The translations under genes were made by a program, and so were the position numbers. Shown here piece by piece: positions 26,781 through 34,795 of a stretch of 64,000 nt of DNA. The notes beneath the pieces were generated by a model. The model was not told where the DNA came from and did no database searches. It saw nothing but the letters and a program-made list of their open reading frames with translations. Each line of letters begins with the position of its first letter. The stretch's first letter is position 1. The stretch comes from Candidatus Cloacimonadales bacterium (lineage in GTDB: Bacteria > Cloacimonadota > Cloacimonadia > Cloacimonadales > WRIO01), in assembly GCA_041654875.1 (NCBI GenBank), contig JBAZCP010000001.1, forward strand, positions 16,408 through 80,407, in the 5' to 3' direction.

Positions 26781-27896
26781 TTAAGTTGAAAAATATCTTC
26801 CTATAGTGTTGTATATATGTCCAAATACAAGCTTTGGATTTACATGTCCTTTCAAAGCTCCTTGCATATCTTCTAAGAAATAGAATAATTTATCCAAATC
26901 TTCCAAAATATGGGGGTTTTTCTCATAAAATTTTGATATTAGTTTGATTTGATTAATATTGACTATGTCCGATTGACAAAGTTGAAATGCCTTAATGTCG
27001 TTTAAGAATAATATAAATGTATTAATTGTTTCAATGAGAATACTGTTATTTCTGCCTGCTTTAGCAATTGTATTGTCTTGCCAGTTTAAGAATTCTTCAT
27101 CGTCTTCAGCGAGTAAGATTTGAAAAAACTTTATTGATTGATCAAGACTTTCAAAGTCATTTTCGTCAGCTAAAATCCGTGCTTTTTCGAGGTTGGAATT
27201 AGATAGCTTTGCTATAAGTTTTGCTTTCACAGGATCCAATGAGCAAACATGTCTTAAATAAATCTCTATTTTTTCTGTTCTGATAGGATGAAATTCAATT
27301 CTCTGACATCTTGAGATGATTGTTGGCAAAAGACTATTTATTGTTGTAGTTGTCATTATAATTACTGTGTTATCAGACGGTTCTTCCAAAGTTTTTAAAA
27401 AGGCATTAGCTGCTTGAATATTCATTTTTTCAATATTTTCTATTATAATAACTTTCTTTTCTGCTTCATAAGGCGTAGTTATTAATTTTTGTTGTATCAT
27501 ACGTATCTGATCTATTCGAATTTCTGTATTGCCAGAAAAAGCATAATCTTTCCAAGGATGATTAATCTTTGCTTGAATATATTTTTGATATTCTTCTTGG
27601 TTTGCTTGGCTTTTAATTTCTCCACTAATTGTCATATCGAAGTTTGGTATAGGAAAAAGAAACATTATATCTGGATGTGAAAACTCTAAAAACTTTTTGC
27701 ATGATAAACAAGTTCCACAAGGTCTTCTTTCTTTTTCTGAATAGCAATTTATTGCCATAGCAAATATATAGGCTGTGAAGATTTTTCCACAGCCTTCTGG
27801 TCCATAAAATAAATAAGCTTGAGCTACTGTATTGTTCTTTAAAGAGTTTTCTAAAATGCGAACTGCAAGAGCTTGTCCAACTATCTTTTTCAGCAT
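26781..27896 (-). CDS. holB: DNA polymerase III delta-prime subunit
   Basis: 371 aa. AYLFYGPEGCGK, zinc module CGTCLSCKKF, LKTLEEPS and SRCQRIEF. Confidence 0.85.
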   Translation of the reverse strand: MLKKIVGQALAVRILENSLKNNTVAQAYLFYGPEGCGKIFTAYIFAMAINCYSEKERRPCGTCLSCKKFLEFSHPDIMFLFPIPNFDMTISGEIKSQANQEEYQKYIQAKINHPWKDYAFSGNTEIRIDQIRMIQQKLITTPYEAEKKVIIIENIEKMNIQAANAFLKTLEEPSDNTVIIMTTTTINSLLPTIISRCQRIEFHPIRTEKIEIYLRHVCSLDPVKAKLIAKLSNSNLEKARILADENDFESLDQSIKFFQILLAEDDEEFLNWQDNTIAKAGRNNSILIETINTFILFLNDIKAFQLCQSDIVNINQIKLISKFYEKNPHILEDLDKLFYFLEDMQGALKGHVNPKLVFGHIYNTIGRYFST

Positions 27897-27897
27897 C

Positions 27898-28509
27898 TTA
27901 TAATTCCAGTTTTAAATCAAGGCTTCCTTTATCGCTTTGTACATCATTTAAAACCTTATTAATATAAGGGCTTTTAAAGTTTTCAGCAAAAATCTGCATA
28001 TAATTTACATCATAACGGTTGCCTGCAATCTTTCTAAAAGATTTGAGTGTGCCACTATTTTCAAAACCTACTTTTGTAAAAAGCTTTTGGGCTCTTTTAT
28101 TAAAGCCTAAAACAGTTAGGTATGCTGTATATATGTTCAAAACATTAAATGCAAAATCTAACAAAAGGTTCATTGAGTCAAGACCATATGATCTATTCCA
28201 ATAGTTCTTATCACCAATATTTATACCAACTTCAGCTGTTCCATTTATAAAATTGACATCGTGCAAACCACATGAACCAATTAATTTGTTGCTTTCTCTG
28301 TCAACAATAGCAAAAATATAGTTATTACATTCTTGGAATCCTTCAAGTATTTTCTTTTCAACTTCGAGGCTCAACATTTGGCCCACTCCGCCAAGATTTA
28401 AAGTAATGTAGTAATCATTTAGCCATTCTGTGTATAAATGTGCGTCCTCTGTTGATAATGGGGATAAATAGCATTTTTCTCCCACAAGATTTTTAAAGTA
28501 TTTGCTCAT
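27898..28509 (-). CDS. GNAT-family N-acetyltransferase
   Basis: 203 aa. RimL-like layout (YLSPLSTEDAHLYTEWLND ... NRSYGLDSMNLLLDFAF). Confidence 0.6.
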   Translation of the reverse strand: MSKYFKNLVGEKCYLSPLSTEDAHLYTEWLNDYYITLNLGGVGQMLSLEVEKKILEGFQECNNYIFAIVDRESNKLIGSCGLHDVNFINGTAEVGINIGDKNYWNRSYGLDSMNLLLDFAFNVLNIYTAYLTVLGFNKRAQKLFTKVGFENSGTLKSFRKIAGNRYDVNYMQIFAENFKSPYINKVLNDVQSDKGSLDLKLEL

Positions 28510-28519
28510 TTTGTTCTCC

Positions 28520-29704
28520 TTATATGATATTTAATTCTTTTCCGATTTTTTCAAATTTATCCAAAGCCATTTCTAATTGACTTTTAGTGTGAGTTGCCAT
28601 GAAGCTACATCTGATCATTGTGCCAGTTGGCGGCACTGCTGGAGGTACAACAGGATTGATAAATACACCCTCTTCTGCCAGGCGTTTCCACATTTTAAAA
28701 GTGAGTGTCATGTCGCCTATCAAAAGAGGTATTATTGGGGTATTTGAATTGCCTGTGTCATATCCCATTGACTTTAGCTCGCTTAGCATAAAATGTGTAT
28801 TTTCCCATAGTCTGTCAATTCTTTCTGGCTCATCATGCATTATCTCGAGAGCTGCAATTACGCTTGCTGTGGATGCAGGTGGTAGGGATGCACTAAAAAT
28901 TAATGAGCGTGAAAAATGCTTCAAGTAATGGATAATATTATCATCTGCGGCTATAAACCCACCTACTGAAGCCAATGATTTGCTAAAAGTTCCCATGATA
29001 ATATCTGTCTCTTTCGTCAATCCAAAATGCATTGCTGTACCTGCACCAGACTTATGCAAAACCCCAATAGAATGAGCTTCATCTACCATTAAGCTTGCAT
29101 TATATTTTGCACATATCTCGGTTATTTTGGGTAAATTAGCAATATCTCCTTCCATAGAAAAAATACCATCTACAACGACTAATACTTGGTTACCCTCAAT
29201 CTTTTCAAGAGCATTTTCCAAAGAATTCATATCATTGTGACTGTATCGTATCATTTGACCATACGATAGTCTACAGCCGTCAATTATAGAAGCGTGATCT
29301 AACTTATCTGTAATTATATAATCGCCTTTTCCAACTAATGCACTGATACAGCCAAGATTAGCTTGATAACCAGTTGCAAAAATTAGTGCGGACTCTTTGC
29401 CAACGAGCTTTGCAAGCTTTTGTTCAAGTTCAATGTGAATATCAAGTGTTCCATTTAAAAATCTTGATCCTGCACAGCCACTACCATATTTGTCAATCGC
29501 CTTTTTAGCTGCTTCTTTCACTTTTGGATGAGTAGTAAGTCCAAGATAGCTATTAGATCCCATCATTAACATTTTTTGCCCGTTGACTAATACTTCTGTA
29601 TCTTGTTCAGATGAAATCACTCTAAAGTAAGGATAATATCCCATCTTTTGCACTTCTCTTGCGTCTTGATATTTTGAACATTTATCTAATATCCTCATAA
29701 TCAC
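28520..29704 (-). CDS. Alpha-oxoamine synthase, serine palmitoyltransferase-like
   Basis: 394 aa. KYGSGCAGSRFLNGT, FATGYQANLG, DEAHS, GTFSKSLASVGGF (PLP Lys), FSASLPP, and VVPPAVPPTGTMIRCSFMATHT. Block for block it lies closer to my recollection of bacterial SPT than to Kbl or BioF. Confidence 0.7.
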   Translation of the reverse strand: MIMRILDKCSKYQDAREVQKMGYYPYFRVISSEQDTEVLVNGQKMLMMGSNSYLGLTTHPKVKEAAKKAIDKYGSGCAGSRFLNGTLDIHIELEQKLAKLVGKESALIFATGYQANLGCISALVGKGDYIITDKLDHASIIDGCRLSYGQMIRYSHNDMNSLENALEKIEGNQVLVVVDGIFSMEGDIANLPKITEICAKYNASLMVDEAHSIGVLHKSGAGTAMHFGLTKETDIIMGTFSKSLASVGGFIAADDNIIHYLKHFSRSLIFSASLPPASTASVIAALEIMHDEPERIDRLWENTHFMLSELKSMGYDTGNSNTPIIPLLIGDMTLTFKMWKRLAEEGVFINPVVPPAVPPTGTMIRCSFMATHTKSQLEMALDKFEKIGKELNII

Positions 29705-29722
29705 CTCTCTATATGAATATAA

Positions 29723-30799
29723 TTAAATAATTGAAAAGTCTTTCAAGTTTTTATACAAAACTTGAAGCACTGTTGTAATAAGATATAGTGTTGGCAGTGC
29801 TAAAAGTATACCAAGAAATCCAAATGTTAAACCACTGGCGACTGCTGTGATAAATATGTACATTGGGTGTATTTCAATACCTTTAGACATCACGAGCGGA
29901 AAGACAACGTTATTATCAATTACTTGCACACCCCACATACCTACAATTGTCCATATTGCCAATGATACAGGCTTGCCAGTTAATAATACTGATAGACTTG
30001 CAAATATTGCGGCTGAAAATGGACCTAAATAAGGCACAATATTAAATAGACCTGCGATCATACCGATTATTAAAGCAAATTTTACGCCCAAAAGACTGAG
30101 TACAATAGCTGTTAAAAGACCAACTATGCATACCTCAATAAAGAGTGTTTTTAAATATGTTATAACACTTGTATTGATACGGTTAATCAAGATGATGCTT
30201 ATTTCAAAATAACGGTTTGGGATCAACTTAAATATCTCTCTTTTAAATATATGTAAATCTTTTAACATGAAAAAGCTGATTACTGGCACGACAAATAAAA
30301 AAGATACAAAATTCGCTAAATATTTCGTATACAATAATAGATAGTTCGGGATTTTGGCTGCGGTTTCAGACATAATATGTTGCAACTGCTGTGGGAAATT
30401 GCCAATTTTTATGAACGGAAATAGATCATCTATGCCAGATAATAGGGCATTATAACTTTTAACAAACTCTAACTCGTTTAATTCTTCGATAGGGAGATTA
30501 ATGAAATCATTGAATGCTGATAGAATGACAGAGCTCTGTCTAATCACAATTGGAACAAGAAAATAAATTATAAAAAAAATCACTGTTATAAGAAGTAAAT
30601 AGAATATTAGGATGGCAAAAATACGCCGAATTCCAAGATTCTCAAAAGTTGTTACAAATGGGTTTGCAAAATATATAAAAATAAAAGATAAAAGAATATA
30701 TGTAAATATATTTTTATAAATAAAGATCGCAAATCCTGCAATTGCAATGCATAGCAAGATAAAGCCAAGCTTCATTAGGTTAATCTTGTCTAAATTCAT
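29723..30799 (-). CDS. AI-2E family transporter (PerM/UPF0118) membrane protein
   Basis: 358 aa, about 8 TM. The NIVPYLGPF segment is typical of the family. Confidence 0.75.
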   Translation of the reverse strand: MNLDKINLMKLGFILLCIAIAGFAIFIYKNIFTYILLSFIFIYFANPFVTTFENLGIRRIFAILIFYLLLITVIFFIIYFLVPIVIRQSSVILSAFNDFINLPIEELNELEFVKSYNALLSGIDDLFPFIKIGNFPQQLQHIMSETAAKIPNYLLLYTKYLANFVSFLFVVPVISFFMLKDLHIFKREIFKLIPNRYFEISIILINRINTSVITYLKTLFIEVCIVGLLTAIVLSLLGVKFALIIGMIAGLFNIVPYLGPFSAAIFASLSVLLTGKPVSLAIWTIVGMWGVQVIDNNVVFPLVMSKGIEIHPMYIFITAVASGLTFGFLGILLALPTLYLITTVLQVLYKNLKDFSII

Positions 30800-31256
30800 T
30801 TATCAACCAACTATGATATTTGCCTGCAATATCTTCTGTTAAATTATAAAGAAGCTTGATACCGCTTGCTGGATACTTACTTATAAATTTTACAAAATCA
30901 TATTTAGAAATTGCCATCAATGTACAATCTGTAACAGCTTTTGCTGAACTGATACGAACCCCCTCATTAAATAAACCCATTTCCCCAAAGTGTTGATTTT
31001 CAATTAAAGTAACAAAAGTGATATTAGTATCATCTTTTTCGAGGTATAAATCTACTTGACCGCTTATTATAAAATAAAGAACTACGTGTGGAAAGTTTTT
31101 GGAATAAATAACTTCGTCTTTTTTAAAATGTCTTTCTATCAAATACTGCGATAAATGATTAAGCTCTATTTTATTCAGCTTTTTAAACAACAATATTTTT
31201 TTCATTTTTGTTGTATTTGTCTTATCACTAAAAAAGTTTTTTAAATATGCAATCAT
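30780..31256 (-). CDS. Stand-alone cyclic-nucleotide-binding domain protein
   Basis: 158 aa. FGEMGLFNEGVRISSAKAVTDCTLMAISK (the FGE...R.A phosphate-binding cassette). No HTH or other output domain. 20-nt overlap with the AI-2E gene. Confidence 0.75.
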   Translation of the reverse strand: MIAYLKNFFSDKTNTTKMKKILLFKKLNKIELNHLSQYLIERHFKKDEVIYSKNFPHVVLYFIISGQVDLYLEKDDTNITFVTLIENQHFGEMGLFNEGVRISSAKAVTDCTLMAISKYDFVKFISKYPASGIKLLYNLTEDIAGKYHSWLINEFRQD

Positions 31257-31259
31257 AAC

Positions 31260-31913
31260 TTACTCTTTCCAAGCTTCTTGACCTACCAATGGAACAAATG
31301 TGCAAAAAGCTAATTCTTCGATGATGTTTTCCTTTTCTTGTCTTGTTAATACAATCATTCTCTGTGATATTGCACTACCTACTGGAATGACCAGCTTGCC
31401 TCCAATTTTTAATTGCGATATCAATGGTTCAGGTATTGTGGGTGAACCTGCACAAACAATTATCTTATCAAACTCAGATTTAGGTGGAATCGAATTTTCC
31501 CAGCCTTTTGTACCATCTCCTACTTTATAAAAAATATTGTCATAATTCAAACTTCTGAGTACTTTACGTGCAGAAATCGATAGCTCGCTATATCGTTCTA
31601 CTGTATAGACTTCCTTGCATAATTCTGACAAAAGTGCTGTTTGATAACCAGACCCTGTTCCTATTTCCAATACAATATCTTCTGCTTGAAGATCTGCCAA
31701 TTGCATCATATAGGCAATAATGAATGGCTGAGAAATAGTTTGCTTGCATTCAATTTGTAAGGGATGATCTTGATAAGCATGCTCTTTCCATTTTTCATCA
31801 ATAAATAACTCTCTGGGAACTTTAGAGAATGCATACAGTACAGCGGTGTTATTGATTCCGCGAGGTATCAAATGCCTCTCAATCATTAGTTTACGTTGAT
31901 CTTCAAACCTCAT
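31260..31913 (-). CDS. pcm: Protein-L-isoaspartate O-methyltransferase
   Basis: 217 aa. TISQPFIIAYM and VLEIGTGSGYQTALL SAM motif. Classical surE-pcm pairing. Confidence 0.9.
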   Translation of the reverse strand: MRFEDQRKLMIERHLIPRGINNTAVLYAFSKVPRELFIDEKWKEHAYQDHPLQIECKQTISQPFIIAYMMQLADLQAEDIVLEIGTGSGYQTALLSELCKEVYTVERYSELSISARKVLRSLNYDNIFYKVGDGTKGWENSIPPKSEFDKIIVCAGSPTIPEPLISQLKIGGKLVIPVGSAISQRMIVLTRQEKENIIEELAFCTFVPLVGQEAWKE

Positions 31914-31923
31914 TTACTTTAAC

Positions 31924-32706
31924 CTAACTATGCCAAAAATTTAATTGTTCTTTATTCTTTTCCAAAAAATCTATATAAGTCTTGTGCATTTGATAATCAT
32001 TATAATCAACTTTTAACGGTGATATTGCCACAATTGCATTTTTAACAAGATAGCCATCAATATTTTCATTGTATTCTTCCCAAATTGGTGAATCTCCGCC
32101 TATCCAAAAAATATCTCTATTTCTATGGTCTTTATCTTGATGAACAATGTTTTGATAGCGTCTAAAGCCTGTTTTGCAAATACGAAGCCCTTTTATTTCT
32201 GATAATGGTAAGTTTGGCACATTTATATTGATTAATTGTCTATGACCTATTAAATCATATATTTGAAGATCAACAAGCTTGTCAATAATTGTTGATGCTG
32301 TTTCAAAGAATTGATCTTCATAACTTGTGATCGATATCGCTATTGCTTTAAAACCAAGACACATAGCCTCTACAGCTACTGCAACAGTTCCAGAGTATAA
32401 AACATCATCACCTATATTTTGTCCAGCATTAATTCCAGAAATTACCAAATCTATTTTTTTTTCATGCAATAAATGCTCTAATGCAATTAAGACACTATCA
32501 ACGGGAGAACCAGATACTGACCAGCTATTTTCATCATATTGCTTAACACGTAAGGCTTCTCTTATAGTTATTGCGTGTGATTGAGCACTTTTTTCAGATG
32601 CAGGTGCTACAAGAAAGACTTTATGTCCTTTGCTTTTAAATGTGTTTACCAGAGTTATAATTCCATTGCTATGGATGCCATCATCATTACAAATTAAAAT
32701 ATTCAT
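31924..32706 (-). CDS. surE: 5'/3'-nucleotidase SurE
   Basis: 260 aa. MNILICNDDGIHSNGI and SGINAGQNIGDDVLYSGTVAVAVEA. Confidence 0.9.
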   Translation of the reverse strand: MNILICNDDGIHSNGIITLVNTFKSKGHKVFLVAPASEKSAQSHAITIREALRVKQYDENSWSVSGSPVDSVLIALEHLLHEKKIDLVISGINAGQNIGDDVLYSGTVAVAVEAMCLGFKAIAISITSYEDQFFETASTIIDKLVDLQIYDLIGHRQLININVPNLPLSEIKGLRICKTGFRRYQNIVHQDKDHRNRDIFWIGGDSPIWEEYNENIDGYLVKNAIVAISPLKVDYNDYQMHKTYIDFLEKNKEQLNFWHS

Positions 32707-32714
32707 TAAATCTC

Positions 32715-33401
32715 CTAAATATGTTTAAAAATCACTTCTACAAAGTTTTTTATATCCCTTATAGAATTTATATAACTTATTTCGTCGTTATATATGGTAT
32801 CGATAGTAACATAATCAATCTTACCAAGTTCTTTGCTTAGTTCTAAAATAACAGCTGTTTCATATTGATAACGTTCTGCGGTAATTTCTATATTTCTAAG
32901 TCTTTCAAGACGGTATAATCTATATCCACATTGAGAATCATAAACCTTTTGACCAGACAATAAGCTCACAACTTTTGAGGTTATTGTATTTGACAAAACC
33001 CTCATAAAAGGCATTTTTGTCAGAGAAAAGTTTCGTTTACCAATGATTAAATCTGCCATTACATAATTCTGCTTTCTAAAAAAACGTGGAATACTTTTGG
33101 GTGAATGTTGTAAATCGCTGTCTATTGTTAAGGCAAATTCATATTTGTTTGCTAAACCATAGGCAAAACCAGCTTTTAAAGCTGCTCCTTTGCCTTGATT
33201 TGTCTTAAATCGAATGCAGTGAATACCAATTGATTTGCATGTTTCATACGAATTATCGGTTGAACCATCATCAATTGCAACTATTTGCATAATAGGAATA
33301 TACTCACAAATCTCATTCACTAATTGCCACAAATAGCCTGCTGAATTATAAACAGGTAAGATTACCAATGTATTATCTTTATTTGCTAAGCTCATTTTCA
33401 T
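32715..33401 (-). CDS. Family 2 glycosyltransferase (polyprenyl-phosphate sugar synthase-like, soluble)
   Basis: 228 aa. LVILPVYNSAGYL, AIDDGSTDNS and DSDLQHSP. Confidence 0.75.
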   Translation of the reverse strand: MKMSLANKDNTLVILPVYNSAGYLWQLVNEICEYIPIMQIVAIDDGSTDNSYETCKSIGIHCIRFKTNQGKGAALKAGFAYGLANKYEFALTIDSDLQHSPKSIPRFFRKQNYVMADLIIGKRNFSLTKMPFMRVLSNTITSKVVSLLSGQKVYDSQCGYRLYRLERLRNIEITAERYQYETAVILELSKELGKIDYVTIDTIYNDEISYINSIRDIKNFVEVIFKHI

Positions 33402-33639
33402 CCTTACTATAATAATATATTCTAATACATGATCTGATATTATGATTTTTTGTCAAGCGATTTATATTGTTTTATTACTCTTTTGCGATATTAATAACTT
33501 TTGAAATGTTTGTGTACTGTAAATCATTATTGCCAGATTCTTTTACAAGTAAACATGTTGTCATAAACTAAAATAACTTGCTAAAAATAAACAATAAACA
33601 TAAAAAACAAGCAATTTTTATCGATTTATTTCTCCGAGC

Positions 33640-33692
33640 ATCCCGTTACCATCCCGTTACCATCCCGTTACTTTCCCGTTACTTTCCCATAG
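33640..33692. repeat. 11-bp tandem repeat ATCCCGTTACC, about 4.8 copies with decay (ACC to ACT, AT to TT); copy B of the intergenic element family
   Basis: ATCCCGTTACC ATCCCGTTACC ATCCCGTTACT TTCCCGTTACT TTCCCATAG, in the 612-bp divergent intergenic region 33402-34013. Confidence 0.9.
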
Positions 33693-34013
33693 TTTTTAAG
33701 AGATATCTATCGGAATTTAACGAGTAAGAAGTAACAATGCTTTTTTCTAATATTAGCTCTCATGAAGAGTAATAATTCTTACTTTTTGGACTTGCTTTTA
33801 AAAAAGTGACTATACAAAAAATAATTATATATGCTCTTTAAAAACAGTTGATTTGCTTTAATAAAGCCAGAAAGGAATTAAAATTTTGTATGCATTATGC
33901 TTAAGTTCATATCTTAATTAGCTTATTGAACTAAAACAAGCAATCTATGCGTATCATTGCTTAATAATTAATTCTTACACTTCTGCATTGACAATAATCA
34001 TTGCAAAAATTTA

Positions 34014-34775
34014 ATGGCTTATATGAATAAAAATATTATTGCAATTGATTTACATGGTACGCTTTTAAATAAGCATTGGCAGCTCCCAAAAGCCCAACAA
34101 GAAGCTTTTTATAAATCTTATAAAAGGCTAAAGGATACTTTTGACTTTTATATTTGTACTGGTAACGATTATTCTTTTTTGACACGTTATCTGCCAAATA
34201 AATTTTTAACATTTTTCAAAGGCTTTATACTTGAGACTGGTGCTTTGTATTGGGAAAAAGGTGAAGAAACTATATTAATTGATGTTGATATGATTGAAAA
34301 AATTAAGTGTCTTGAAGATGATCTAAAGATGGCTGATTTTCGATTCATACATTACTTTGCAACTCGAAAAGCAACTATCAGCATGTTTACACACACAGAA
34401 CAAACAGGTTCAGCACCTGATATGTATGTGGCAACTATTAAAGACTTTATGTTGTCCCATCCATTAAATATGTTTTTTAATATTACATGGTCAAATGTGG
34501 CGATTGATATTATACCGAAAGGCATTAATAAATATACAGGTATCAAAAACGTAGCCAATAATGTCAAAATTATCAGTTTGCTTGACTCAATGAATGACTA
34601 TGATTTGGCAATTAACTCAGATGTATGTTTTTTACCAGCAAATAGCTCAAAAAAACTATTAGATAGTATTAAATATAGCTCTATTGATAAGTATAATAAA
34701 GATTTTATAAATGCAATTTATCTTTGTAAAAACGATTATAGCGAAGGTGTGATTGAAGCACTAAACAAGTTATAA
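34014..34775 (+). CDS. HAD-superfamily hydrolase, Cof/IIB-like
   Basis: 253 aa. Motif I is IAIDLHGTLL (His replaces the usual second Asp). Distal DSMNDYDL motif IV-like. Confidence 0.65.
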   Translation: MAYMNKNIIAIDLHGTLLNKHWQLPKAQQEAFYKSYKRLKDTFDFYICTGNDYSFLTRYLPNKFLTFFKGFILETGALYWEKGEETILIDVDMIEKIKCLEDDLKMADFRFIHYFATRKATISMFTHTEQTGSAPDMYVATIKDFMLSHPLNMFFNITWSNVAIDIIPKGINKYTGIKNVANNVKIISLLDSMNDYDLAINSDVCFLPANSSKKLLDSIKYSSIDKYNKDFINAIYLCKNDYSEGVIEALNKL

Positions 34776-34795
34776 TAATTAAATAGGAGATTTTT

